Positions 1 to 9,143 of a stretch of 60,572 nt of DNA are shown in pieces (position 1 is the stretch's first letter; each line of letters starts with the position of its first letter). The translations under genes were made by a program, and so were the position numbers. Where the stretch lies: the IMG/VR virus record IMGVR_UViG_3300038312_000257, positions 1 through 60,572 of that record; one strand, written 5' to 3'. The stretch is from a virus (taxonomy: Duplodnaviria; Caudoviricetes). The notes beneath the pieces are model-generated. The model ran no database searches and was not told the origin of the DNA. It was given only the letters and a program-made list of their open reading frames with translations.

Positions 1-98
1 TGCGCCCTTATTAAAAAAAGAGGGAATAAAGAGAGAAGAGTTGCACTTAGACACTTGTTACGGTATCTAAGCATGTGTTTAGTTTATATAATAAACGC
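1..98 (+). repeat. Terminal direct repeat, copy 1 (circular assembly overlap)
   Basis: 1-98 is identical to 60474-60571; the final base of the window then differs. Confidence 0.95.
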
Positions 99-341
99 TT
101 TTTTGTTTAAAAAGTGGACAATTTTGCGACAAATATAGGAAAAAGAGCAGGGAACAGGGGTGGAAAGGGCAGGGGAGCTGGAAAAAAATGGAGTAGAGGG
201 CAGGAGCGAAGAGAAGAGGAGCGAAGAAGCTGGAAGAAAATGGTAGGAAGGTGAGTGGTTTTATACAGCAAAATTCGCGGGGACCTATAAGTAGTTCCAG
301 CCGGCCAGGATGCCCCCCGCCCCCCCTATGTGCAGCGCGTT

Positions 342-363
342 ATACCCATAGGCCTATGGGTAT
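342..363. other. Perfect 22-bp palindrome in the non-coding region upstream of terS; candidate packaging or operator site
   Basis: ATACCCATAGG|CCTATGGGTAT, preceded by a poly-C tract; function is inferred only. Confidence 0.4.
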
Positions 364-841
364 TGTGTCCTCTTCCCCTCATATTCTGCCTAAAAAATAG
401 CTCCAGGATACCTGGAACCATACTAAAAATGAGCTAAAAAATGAACTAATTTTAAAAATGAGGCGAATGGGGGAAAACCGAACTGGCTCAAAGCACGGTA
501 TACCAAGGCTTCACGGGTTTTTAGTTTACATAATATCTCTTAGCGGAAGTTGGAACCCAGAATCTGGGAACAAAGGCCGCAAAGCCCGAGATTACGGGAT
601 TTGGCAAAAAGCGGAAGCCCTAAAATGGCCAGGGCAGGCCAGGAAAAGGTGGACGGGTATTGGGCACAAAGAGACACCTAAAGAGCGCAAATAGCGCAGA
701 ATAGGCAGCAATAAGGCGAAAAAACAGGCCGGGAGGGGCAAGGAAATGGACCAATCGAAGTCCCTTTGCCCGACGCCCCAAATTTCCAAAATATTCAAAA
801 TAGCTCAAAACCTCTAAATATCGGGCTTTCGAAAGGTTTGC

Positions 842-870
842 TTGACAAACACTTGACACCGATGTACGAT
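842..870 (+). promoter_or_regulatory. SigmaA-type early promoter
   Basis: TTGACA (842-847), 17 bp, TACGAT (865-870), upstream of the first + strand gene. Confidence 0.65.
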
Positions 871-956
871 GATGATGGCGCAAAATGTGTTAAAGCGTTG
901 ACACACAATGCACCTTCGCCCGGCGCAGGTCCCTCCTCAAAAGTGAAAGGAGAAGG

Positions 957-1241
957 ATGAGCATGGCAGCACCAAAGAAAATAGTGGATTTCAGCTTAAC
1001 GAATGGCCAAGTTACAGGCCACAGCAAGGAGAACCAGGACGGGGGATTCAACTTCTGGAACTACGAGAGTTTTTCCAAACAGGGGGGCAAAATCGGCTAC
1101 GGTAGCATCCATACTTCTATCCTGGAGGCCTTGAAAGCCCAGGACAAGGTGGAAAAAGGCTGCTTAGTCAGAATTACCGTGGAGTTGTTTGAGAAGCCCG
1201 AAGCTGCAAATCTTGCAGCAGGGAAGAACAACGAATTTTAA
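957..1241 (+). CDS. Hypothetical early protein
   Basis: ORF with AAGGAG RBS, first gene after the promoter. Confidence 0.7.
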   Translation: MSMAAPKKIVDFSLTNGQVTGHSKENQDGGFNFWNYESFSKQGGKIGYGSIHTSILEALKAQDKVEKGCLVRITVELFEKPEAANLAAGKNNEF

Positions 1242-1339
1242 CGACCAGGGAAGGCCGCGCCGGGCTTCTCTTTTTTCCCTGGTGGCCCGATGATGGTTAG
1301 TACGGGCTGCCAGGGGAGGGGCAATGGTTAGTACGGATT

Positions 1340-1391
1340 AGTCCCTTGCCCCTGGGTATTGAGCAACTCAGTGCCCAGCATGGAGGGGATT
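1340..1391 (+). repeat. Structured intergenic element, copy 1
   Basis: AGTCCCTTGCCCCTG-[hairpin]-CAGCATGGAGGGGATT. Confidence 0.75.
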
Positions 1392-1428
1392 AACCTACTC
1401 CAAAAAAATATAGAGTGAGAGGAATCAT

Positions 1429-1770
1429 ATGGATTTCAAAAGAGACACGCGTTGTCACTTGCTGCTTGCCCCGGAGCCCAGCGGGAATCCCGCAGACAGT
1501 ACCACTTACTTGTTGCCTGGTTGCTACGAAGGCGCCTTAGTTGAGCGCTTAGAGGAAAGATGCCAAGACCTCTTATATAGGCTCAATCAAGCGAGGGATT
1601 TGCATGAAGCCCTAAGAAGCATGTGTGAAGCCCTTAATGACCCGAGGCAGGATTATACCCTAATCATCCCTGATGGGATTTTTAACTATAAATTCAGGGG
1701 AGGTTGTCGCCAAAGTGCCCTGAAGCAAGCTTATCAGGCTCTCGCTAAAGTAGAAGGGAGAGATGTATAA
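1429..1770 (+). CDS. Hypothetical early protein
   Basis: ORF with GAGG RBS between element copies 1 and 2. Confidence 0.65.
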   Translation: MDFKRDTRCHLLLAPEPSGNPADSTTYLLPGCYEGALVERLEERCQDLLYRLNQARDLHEALRSMCEALNDPRQDYTLIIPDGIFNYKFRGGCRQSALKQAYQALAKVEGRDV

Positions 1771-1779
1771 AGGCACTAG

Positions 1780-1838
1780 AGTCCCTTGCTCCTGCCCCTC
1801 AAGGTCATTATTCTGGGGGGGGCAGAATGGAGGGGATT
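1780..1838 (+). repeat. Structured intergenic element, copy 2
   Basis: AGTCCCTTGCTCCTG-[hairpin]-CAGAATGGAGGGGATT. Confidence 0.75.
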
Positions 1839-1894
1839 ACCCTGAGCGCTGAGCTCAGGGTAAGGGACTGTCCAAAAAAAATAACGAGGAAGGA

Positions 1895-2176
1895 TTGATT
1901 CGCATGGCAACTACAGCAGTGAGGAGCATGCTGAGCTTAGAGCTCAGCGAGAAGGAAACCAAGGTGTTAGTTAAAATGGGCGTAGAGGGAGCGGCGGCGA
2001 GGCTGATGGTTTTGGAGACGGGGACTTGCTCTGTCCAAGAGACCCAGCATCTTACCCAGGAGGCAGAAATTGCCCTGGACATCCTAGAAAAAATAGCCGA
2101 CTCCTTAGAGGGAGCGGGGGGCAAGCCTACCCATGTCCCTGAGCTCGACCTACTCTTATTCCAGCCGAGAAGGTAG
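1895..2176 (+). CDS. Hypothetical early protein
   Basis: ORF between element copies 2 and 3; ATG at 1904 is a possible start. Confidence 0.6.
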   Translation: MIRMATTAVRSMLSLELSEKETKVLVKMGVEGAAARLMVLETGTCSVQETQHLTQEAEIALDILEKIADSLEGAGGKPTHVPELDLLLFQPRR

Positions 2177-2222
2177 TTCGTATCCGATATCGCCTGCCTG
2201 GATGTCCGGGCAGGCAGGAAGG

Positions 2223-2272
2223 AGTCTCTTGCTCCTGGCTCTGTATGATGTGGGGCCAGTATGGAGGGGATT
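2223..2272 (+). repeat. Structured intergenic element, copy 3
   Basis: AGTCTCTTGCTCCTG-[hairpin]-CAGTATGGAGGGGATT. Confidence 0.75.
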
Positions 2273-2385
2273 TCCCTGTAGTCAATGGTTGGTCCGAGAA
2301 GGGAGGCGGTGGCGCTAATAGGAGGAGCTTATTTTTTTGTACACAGTAGCGCGCTACGCGCTACTGTAGGAAGGAGGAAAGCGCG

Positions 2386-2922
2386 CTGAGTATCAGAATT
2401 TATCTCACCGACCTGGCGGCCTACAACGAGGGTCGGCTGGTGGGCAAGTGGGTTGAGCTACTCCTCTCTGAGGAGGGGATGGAGGAGGCTATTAAGGGGA
2501 TTCTGGAGGAGGGTTGGTGCCAGCATGGTTGGTGCTCCCACGAGGAGTATTTCATTACGGACTATGAAGCACCTTTCAGGGTTGGTGAATACCAAAATCC
2601 TTTCGAGCTCAATGAATGGGCCGAGCGCCTGGAGGACTGTAAAGAGGATGACGAGGATGTAATCCAGGCGATTTTCGACTATGCAGGCTCCATCGAGGAG
2701 GGGCTCGACATCCTAGAGGGCGGTGAGTACTGGGTCTATCGCTTCTGCGAAGACATGACTGATGTGGCCTGGGAAGTCGTAAAAGAGAGCGGGCTCCTGG
2801 ACGGCATCCCTGAAGAGGTCGCCCGGTACTTCGACTATGAGGCATACGGGCGAGACCTTGAGTCCGGAGACTCGTCGTTTATACGTGTTCCAGGTTGCAA
2901 AATATACCTGGAAATTTACTAG
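2386..2922 (+). CDS. ardA: Antirestriction protein ArdA (DNA mimic), probable CTG start
   Basis: Very acidic; IYLTDLAAYNEGRLVGKW, EEYFITDYE, YFDYEAYGRDL motifs; in-frame CTG 8 nt after AAGGAGG extends the ORF-track call by 18 codons. Confidence 0.9.
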   Translation: MSIRIYLTDLAAYNEGRLVGKWVELLLSEEGMEEAIKGILEEGWCQHGWCSHEEYFITDYEAPFRVGEYQNPFELNEWAERLEDCKEDDEDVIQAIFDYAGSIEEGLDILEGGEYWVYRFCEDMTDVAWEVVKESGLLDGIPEEVARYFDYEAYGRDLESGDSSFIRVPGCKIYLEIY

Positions 2923-2937
2923 AGAGGAGTATATAGC

Positions 2938-4293
2938 ATGGCAACTGCTACAACCAGGCTCCTGGGGACGGCAATCTCCCCGGAGTACGTAAGAGATTGG
3001 AATATCCCTATGGCCATTAGAGAATTACTCCAGAATCTCTTGGATACCAAAAAGGAGTTCGGGGCAAGCGGCGCTGCCCGGTATAACAAAAAGCAGGGCA
3101 TAGCTGAGCTGAGGGACGACGGGCCTGGGCTGGAGCTCAGGCACCTGGCCCTGGGCATCTCAGAGAAAGGAGCTGCTAGTGTAGGGCAGTTTGGAGAAGG
3201 GCTCAAGTTAGCTCTACTCCTGTTTGCCCGAGAAAATCGGTTCATAGAGGTCCGTTCTAAGGATTACAGACTGACTCCCCTCATCAAGGAGTCAGAGTTT
3301 GGTACTGAGACCCTGTTCTTCGAGGTAGAGGAGCTGGGCTCCTATGTGCAGGGTACTATTATCCGGTTCCGGTGCTCTCAGGAGGAGCTGAACGAAGGGA
3401 AGAGCTACTTCCCGACAGAGTTCAAGGTTTCCAGTGAGCACCGGGTCAGCTGGGTGCTCAAGGATAAAATCTCTCTCCCTGGAGGGAGGGTCTTCGTCAA
3501 CGGCAGCCTGGTAACTACCCTTGAGAACGCCTTGTTCAGTTATCATCTCTGGGGGGAGAAGGCGAAGGGAATCTCCAACAGGGACAGAACCATTGTGGAC
3601 CATGATTCGCTAGTGTCCTTGGTTAGAGACACTATAACCAGCGAAGAAGACATTCCGGTTCAGTGGTTCCAGAAGATTTTGGAGGGGCTGGACTCTGAGA
3701 GGGACATCTGGGAGAGCAACGTGCCCCCGCACACTTTCAAGGAAAACCTTGGGAAAGCCTTCGACAAGGTTTTCGGGCCGAAGGCAGCAGTGAGCGGCGG
3801 CAGCGCTCACCACGACCAGTTAGTGGCCAGGCTGGGGTTCAAGCCGGTCTATATCCCTGACTGGAACTGGAGATGGCTCCTCCTGAACAGCAGCCCTCTT
3901 CTGACGGTGGCTGCCATTGTTAGAGAAAAACCACTGTCCACTATGGTGGACATCATTCCGGAGGACAAGCTGAGCACAGAGGAACAAGAAAGACTCCATC
4001 AGGCCATTGACCTGGTGGAAAAGTATTTCCACTCTCCAGTGAGGCCGCTCAAGGTGGTCAAAACACTGGATGAAGTGGTCGGCAGCGGAGTAAATGGTGT
4101 CTACAACACCGGAGAAGACACCATTTACATCGCCTACAAGGAGCTTTGGGGTCTAGAAAAGGTAGTTGAAACTGTCCTTCATGAAACGGTTCACAAGGCG
4201 ACCGGGGCCGCAGATTTAACTCCGAGGTTCCAAAAAGCTCAGGATACACTGTCTGCTGGACTGTTATTAGAACTTGCAGGGGAGCGGGCGTAA
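2938..4293 (+). CDS. GHKL (HATPase_c) ATPase fused to a C-terminal zincin-like HExxH domain
   Basis: RELLQNLLD, DDGPG, GQFGEGLK motifs; LHETVH near the C-terminus. Confidence 0.75.
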   Translation: MATATTRLLGTAISPEYVRDWNIPMAIRELLQNLLDTKKEFGASGAARYNKKQGIAELRDDGPGLELRHLALGISEKGAASVGQFGEGLKLALLLFARENRFIEVRSKDYRLTPLIKESEFGTETLFFEVEELGSYVQGTIIRFRCSQEELNEGKSYFPTEFKVSSEHRVSWVLKDKISLPGGRVFVNGSLVTTLENALFSYHLWGEKAKGISNRDRTIVDHDSLVSLVRDTITSEEDIPVQWFQKILEGLDSERDIWESNVPPHTFKENLGKAFDKVFGPKAAVSGGSAHHDQLVARLGFKPVYIPDWNWRWLLLNSSPLLTVAAIVREKPLSTMVDIIPEDKLSTEEQERLHQAIDLVEKYFHSPVRPLKVVKTLDEVVGSGVNGVYNTGEDTIYIAYKELWGLEKVVETVLHETVHKATGAADLTPRFQKAQDTLSAGLLLELAGERA

Positions 4294-4328
4294 GCCCCTC
4301 CTCCTCTAAATAAAAGGAGGCATAAGGT

Positions 4329-5405
4329 ATGAATAGAGATGTTGTTTACCAGGCCAGTGGCGAGGGTTACCGCCTGGATGTTATGTACGATGAGCTTATG
4401 GAAAGTCCGCGGGAACAGGACAACCTGGGGACCATGGTGTGCTTCCATGATAGGTACACGCTCGGGGACAAACACGAATACAAGTCTATTGAAGAGTTCT
4501 TCAGGAGCCTGTTCGATGACTGCGGTGACGATGAGCTGTTGGGTAACGATGGCTTTATGAGTGGGCTTTTCTATTACTGGAAGAGCGAACTGAGGGCTAG
4601 AGACTCAGAAGAGGGGCTTGCCGTCAGGGCCCTTGACTGCTTAGAAAAAGAGATGCATCCGCAAATAGCGGACGCTTTTCCCGCCGCAAAGCTTGGTCGC
4701 ATGGTTGCTGAGTTTGACTGGGGATGGGTGGAAGATTTTATTGACGCCGCCCTTGATACAAGCGAGCTCCAGGACATCTTGGACGACCTGGGCAAGTATG
4801 TCATCCTGCCTTTGTATCTGTATGACCATGGCGGCATAACTATGTCCATTGGCCCGTTTTCCTGCCCTTGGGACAGCGGTCAAGTAGGCTGGATTTACGC
4901 TCCTAAACAAAAGTTTATCGAGGAGACCGGCTACACCAAGGCAGAACTTTTCTCCACCGACTCTAAGAGAGACCCTGCCATTGGAGAGAGGGTGAAAATC
5001 AAGGGTCGGGGTGGCTGGGGACAGGTTGTGTCTAAAGCTATTTCCTCTACTGCGGGGACTGCCCGCTACGAGGTTGACTTTGACTGGGACAAAATCCCTG
5101 ATGCTCATTGGTTTGGGAATTTGGTCACTGTGCCACAGGATGAAATCCTTGAGGTCATGTCTAACCGGGCAGCAGAGATGTTGGTCAATGAAGTAAAAAC
5201 CTATGACGCCTACCTCAGGGGCGAGTCCTACGGATACAGACTAAGCAAGCTCAATACCTGTGAGCATTGCGGAGCTGTGGACGAGGAGGAAATTGACTCC
5301 TGCTGGGGCTTCTTGGCGAAAGATTTTGCTGACCTTAAAGAGCAACTAAAAAGCCAAATTTCCGGCGAGCACCACGACCTGGTTGATTCGCTGGGTTGTC
5401 GTTAG
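4329..5405 (+). CDS. Conserved phage/ICE protein of unknown function
   Basis: DNLGTMVCFH, LPLYLYDHGGITMS, PWDSGQVGWIY, IDSCWGF motifs recalled from mobile elements. Confidence 0.65.
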   Translation: MNRDVVYQASGEGYRLDVMYDELMESPREQDNLGTMVCFHDRYTLGDKHEYKSIEEFFRSLFDDCGDDELLGNDGFMSGLFYYWKSELRARDSEEGLAVRALDCLEKEMHPQIADAFPAAKLGRMVAEFDWGWVEDFIDAALDTSELQDILDDLGKYVILPLYLYDHGGITMSIGPFSCPWDSGQVGWIYAPKQKFIEETGYTKAELFSTDSKRDPAIGERVKIKGRGGWGQVVSKAISSTAGTARYEVDFDWDKIPDAHWFGNLVTVPQDEILEVMSNRAAEMLVNEVKTYDAYLRGESYGYRLSKLNTCEHCGAVDEEEIDSCWGFLAKDFADLKEQLKSQISGEHHDLVDSLGCR

Positions 5406-5418
5406 AAGGGGTGGTGCG

Positions 5419-5580
5419 ATGAAAAACTATACCATCATCTTCTCCTGGCCGCCCAATAACTGGATGAGTATTTGCCCGAAGTGCCTGAAGAAGAAGGGCA
5501 GAGCGGGTATCGTAGAAATTCGCCCGAGCCCCTGCAAGTGTGATTACTGCGGGGCTCCGGGGGAAAGGAGGACAAAATGA
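5419..5580 (+). CDS. Small Cys-rich (zinc ribbon) protein
   Basis: CPKC...CDYC; ATG at 5419. Confidence 0.5.
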   Translation: MKNYTIIFSWPPNNWMSICPKCLKKKGRAGIVEIRPSPCKCDYCGAPGERRTK

Positions 5581-5783
5581 ATAATAACACAAGCGACAGG
5601 AAGCAGCATTGTGGAGTTTGCGGGAAGGAAGTTCCTTCTTATGACCTGCTATGGGTCAATGATAGGTACGGGATTCCGTACAAGAAGGTCTGCTGGGACT
5701 GCTACGAAAAGACTCAGGAAGAGATTTCTCACTTTGTTTTTGACCCTGGCTACGCCGGGGAGCGATTAGAAGGCGATTATTAG
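5577..5783 (+). CDS. Small zinc-finger protein
   Basis: CGVC...CWDC; AAGGAGG RBS. Confidence 0.65.
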   Translation: MNNNTSDRKQHCGVCGKEVPSYDLLWVNDRYGIPYKKVCWDCYEKTQEEISHFVFDPGYAGERLEGDY

Positions 5784-5798
5784 AAGGAGGTTAATGGC

Positions 5799-6230
5799 AT
5801 GGCAGCTATGACAGAAGTGATTGCCAAGGCGTTGGAGGAGGCCATCAGCACGCAGGTTCAGGAGAGGTACGAAAATTTAATTATTGAAAACAAGCAACTG
5901 CGAAGTCAGGTGGCGCACCTTGGCAGCGACAAATTCGGTCTTGAAACAAGAAACAGGAGGCTTCAAATAAAGGTCGAGGCTGCTGAAGCGAGTGTCAATA
6001 AACTCAAGGAGGAGAATGAGACGCTTCAGCGAGAGGCCAAAGAGCTCGTAATCAGGGAAAGCGAGGTTTCCTCTCTACGTGAAACCCTCTCCAGGACAAG
6101 GGGCTTAACAGACACCTTAGAAGTAGAGTTTGAGAGTTTAAAGAGGGTTATACAGGACATGACTGGTTTGATTTTCGACCTCCAAAGAGAGTTAGAGGGC
6201 AAATCATACTTCCCGAAGGAGGATGAATAG
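5799..6230 (+). CDS. Coiled-coil hypothetical protein
   Basis: Heptad-rich sequence; AAGGAGG RBS. Confidence 0.7.
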   Translation: MAAMTEVIAKALEEAISTQVQERYENLIIENKQLRSQVAHLGSDKFGLETRNRRLQIKVEAAEASVNKLKEENETLQREAKELVIRESEVSSLRETLSRTRGLTDTLEVEFESLKRVIQDMTGLIFDLQRELEGKSYFPKEDE

Positions 6231-7203
6231 TATGGCAGCAGAAAAGTGGTATGGCAGTAACTACGGAGTTATAAAGGCGTTTGTGACCGACCCCTTCGAT
6301 GAGCGAGGGGGTCGGAACCCCCAAGGGAGCATTTACTTTAGCGGGAATGGAATTATTTACAGCTACGGGGACCACTTCCCTATGGCTACGGTTCTTACCC
6401 TACAAAAGACTATTGCTGGGTTTCCTCGCCTGCGCTTCTTTCTGGTTAATGGGGACGGCTCCACGGCAACAACCAGTAAGCACAGGAACGACTTATTTAT
6501 TTGTTTAAGAAGGGAAATCGGAGTCCTAAGCTACGCAGTTGTTCCCTTCTCGTCTCTGGGGCAAGCGTTTAGACTTGGCCCCAGGGGGGGCTGGCAGATT
6601 AATAAGAGGACAGCTGAGGCCGCTAGAGACCGACTCGAAGTAGTTGACCACAAAGAGGACTACTGGGAAACAAAGAAGGTGTGGGTGACTGACAAAGAGA
6701 CCGGCAAGAAAGAGCTAAAAGATGTCCAGGAGCATTTCCTAGGAGCCACTCTCTTGACAACCGGTGATGAATATTTTCTCTCAGGGATTGATTCCTCTGG
6801 CAGGGACCCTAGGGGAATGTATTTTCTGACTAAACTGCCAAGACCGGCGACTTCGGTGAGCGATGCCTACGAGGCAATAAAACCCGAGGGGCTCAATGGC
6901 GAAACTTATATTCGACAAGGGGAATGGTTCCTGGTGCCGCAGAACGGCATGAAAAAGCCCAGAGAGGTTCCTTTAGAAAAGAAAGTTCTTCTGGAGAACA
7001 GGGGCAGACTAGAGCGGGAGTGGCGCCATATAGCTACCGAGGGATTCAAGCTGGATGGTATTCAGTATGTCCGGGGTACTGTGCGCCATCCGGAGCATAA
7101 GATGATTTCCTTGGGGAACATCTGGCATCGCGCCTATGAGGCGACTGGAGCCGGTACCAATTTGGCCATTGTTAGTTGGAGCGCCTCCGGGAGCTTTGAT
7201 TGA
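6223..7203 (+). CDS. Hypothetical phage protein
   Basis: 326-aa ORF with RQGEWFLVP and YVRGTVRHPEH motifs. Confidence 0.7.
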   Translation: MNSMAAEKWYGSNYGVIKAFVTDPFDERGGRNPQGSIYFSGNGIIYSYGDHFPMATVLTLQKTIAGFPRLRFFLVNGDGSTATTSKHRNDLFICLRREIGVLSYAVVPFSSLGQAFRLGPRGGWQINKRTAEAARDRLEVVDHKEDYWETKKVWVTDKETGKKELKDVQEHFLGATLLTTGDEYFLSGIDSSGRDPRGMYFLTKLPRPATSVSDAYEAIKPEGLNGETYIRQGEWFLVPQNGMKKPREVPLEKKVLLENRGRLEREWRHIATEGFKLDGIQYVRGTVRHPEHKMISLGNIWHRAYEATGAGTNLAIVSWSASGSFD

Positions 7204-7409
7204 TGAGGGACCTGAATTTGAATCTAAATATAATCGTAGAGGGGTGCAAGAAGCCCCTCTATATCAAGACCCGGAAAGAAAATGGTCAAATTGTTGCTCA
7301 GGTAATCGACCAGGGCAAGGTGCTATGTGCCCTAATCCTAGGGAAAGACCCTCCCCTGGTTGTAGTAAGGGACGAGAGCGTGGTGGTTGTTTACGAAGAT
7401 GATATCTAG
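7200..7409 (+). CDS. Hypothetical protein
   Basis: Overlapping start/stop coupling with neighbours. Confidence 0.5.
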   Translation: MMRDLNLNLNIIVEGCKKPLYIKTRKENGQIVAQVIDQGKVLCALILGKDPPLVVVRDESVVVVYEDDI

Positions 7410-7614
7410 TGGGTGGCTGGACGGAATACTGTTCTCAGGGTTCATTGCTGCAGTTATCTGTTTTTACACTACAGCAACCTTGATTTTTTATACCGCAGTA
7501 ATCGGGGCAATACATTTACTCAGGCTGCTACCCGGAGCTTTAATTCTTCCGACTCTTATCGGGGGAAGTTGGTTGATTTTTCGATTTCTAGGGAGGAGAC
7601 AAGATGCCTATTAA
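7387..7614 (+). CDS. Small membrane protein
   Basis: Long hydrophobic segments. Confidence 0.5.
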   Translation: MFTKMISSGWLDGILFSGFIAAVICFYTTATLIFYTAVIGAIHLLRLLPGALILPTLIGGSWLIFRFLGRRQDAY

Positions 7615-7807
7615 ACAAGTACCAAACTTTACCGTAAACATTAGAGTTCCTGCACCAATTTACAAGAAAATGGACGCAGAGGTTCGGAGGCGTAAGGACC
7701 TGGGAGAGAGGGTTTCCAAAAACTCTCTCTTTATCGAGGCCCTGGAAGCTTATATTTATTACCTGGAGGGGGAGAGAGCCGATGATGAGATTGCCGGAGA
7801 CGCCTAA
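7604..7807 (+). CDS. Ribbon-helix-helix (Arc/CopG-like) DNA-binding protein
   Basis: FTVNIRVPAPIYKKM...SKNSLFIEALEAY pattern; GGAGG RBS. Confidence 0.6.
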   Translation: MPIKQVPNFTVNIRVPAPIYKKMDAEVRRRKDLGERVSKNSLFIEALEAYIYYLEGERADDEIAGDA

Positions 7808-7973
7808 GCCCGCTGACCAGATGCGGCGTGAGGGCTGGGTGGTTGAGTGTCCGGAGTGCGGGAATTGGATGTACCCATACGAGGACCCCTTCACTAAAGA
7901 CAAGACGGATATCTGGTGGTGCTGTCGCAATGTCAACTGCGGCCACGAGATGGACGACAGAGATGTTGAGTGA
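7782..7973 (+). CDS. Zinc-ribbon protein
   Basis: CPECG...CCRNVNCGH. Confidence 0.55.
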   Translation: MMRLPETPKPADQMRREGWVVECPECGNWMYPYEDPFTKDKTDIWWCCRNVNCGHEMDDRDVE

Positions 7974-8189
7974 TGGCTGAGCCCTGAGTTCTAAGCCCTG
8001 GACAGAAGGGGGGAAGGAAACAAATAATGATTGAATTGCTGATTAAGCGAATTGATGGGACCATCGACTGGGTGAGGGTTGGGGAGGGATTAACTCTCGG
8101 GCTGCTTGCGAACAGTTACGGGAAGGGAACAGAATTATTGGCGGTTAAACAAGCCGAGGCCCTGAGCCCCGGCCAGAAGGAGGGGTAGT

Positions 8190-9083
8190 ATGGAATTTTT
8201 TGAGATGCCTGAGAGCGAGCGGGAAAAACTTGCTCTAAGCCTCTTGGAGAAATTTATCCCCGACTATCAGCTCGGGGAGCGTAATGGAAGCAGGTTCTTG
8301 ATTGTTTGCAACGCAAGCTACAGGGACATCGAGAATCTGGTAGTCGAGGCTCGGAGAAGGCTAAGGGAGGACAACGACCTAAGTTCCGTTGACCACCTGG
8401 CCTTCGAGGAAATTATCAGCCCCTTAATAGACTGGTGCCAAAACTGGGGCTTTGAGGACGAATACAGAATGTGCGATGGTTGCAGGAACATCATTGCCCT
8501 GTATAGAGATTATCGCTGGGGCACAGAAGACGGCATATTTTGCGAGGAGTGCGTCCGAATCAAGTTCCATGAAGGGTATTTCAACTCCCTGGTTGACAAC
8601 CCGAACAGCGCCAACACCCTGCTAGATGAGGACTACATCCTCAAGCAGGGGTACATCAAGCTGGACAGGGAGTGGTGCTCCAGCTTCCATGGGGGGCACC
8701 GGGATGACCCGGAGAAGGTTCTAGAGAAGCTCCATGAACAGGGATGGAACAAGGTTGTTTTCGGCCTTGAGACACATGAGCCGTTTACATTGACCTGGAG
8801 CGCTTTTGTTGAGAACGACAATATTAAGATAAAAGGACATGTTGGAGAGTGGTACATCATAAGCACCCAGGAACACAGGGGCCAGAAGCTCTTCTTGTTG
8901 GAGCACTCGACCTACGGAGACGAGGCCGCGAGCCTCATAGTGGATGAGGAGCTAAATGTTGTTCTTGATGATGTCTGGAACGGGTTAAGTTTCCCCGATG
9001 CGGTTGTATTGGACCAGGACGGGAACCCGCTGGAAGAGAGCCGGGAAGAGCCAGCGGGCTTCCAGGAATACTGGTACCCGTAA
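8190..9083 (+). CDS. Acidic hypothetical protein with a Cys cluster and a C-terminal domain resembling Firmicutes mobile-element polyvalent-protein domains
   Basis: CDGC...CEEC; GHVGEWY...FLLEHSTYGDEAASLIVD...DVWNG. Confidence 0.65.
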   Translation: MEFFEMPESEREKLALSLLEKFIPDYQLGERNGSRFLIVCNASYRDIENLVVEARRRLREDNDLSSVDHLAFEEIISPLIDWCQNWGFEDEYRMCDGCRNIIALYRDYRWGTEDGIFCEECVRIKFHEGYFNSLVDNPNSANTLLDEDYILKQGYIKLDREWCSSFHGGHRDDPEKVLEKLHEQGWNKVVFGLETHEPFTLTWSAFVENDNIKIKGHVGEWYIISTQEHRGQKLFLLEHSTYGDEAASLIVDEELNVVLDDVWNGLSFPDAVVLDQDGNPLEESREEPAGFQEYWYP

Positions 9084-9096
9084 GCTAAAACAAACA

Positions 9097-9140
9097 AGGG
9101 CGAACTAGGATAATGCTCCTAGCTCGCCTATTTTTCTTTT
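9097..9140 (+). terminator. Intrinsic terminator between converging operons
   Basis: GGCGAACTAGGA...TCCTAGCTCGCC stem followed by a T-rich run. Confidence 0.6.
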
Positions 9141-9143
9141 CTG

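Noticed and set aside
43-53. GCACTTAGACA matches array sequence near 24115-24125 (possible self-target)
   Set aside because: An 11-nt match is expected by chance in 60 kb, it partly covers repeat sequence, and the partner spacer has no adjacent match that I could see.
458-960. Short overlapping ORFs before the early promoter
   Set aside because: No convincing RBS or motifs; they overlap the promoter and repeat-rich non-coding DNA.
7981-8186. Similar GCCCTGAG...GCCCYGGMCAGAAGGRGGG segments upstream of two genes
   Set aside because: Only two short imperfect copies that include the Shine-Dalgarno; too weak to call an element.
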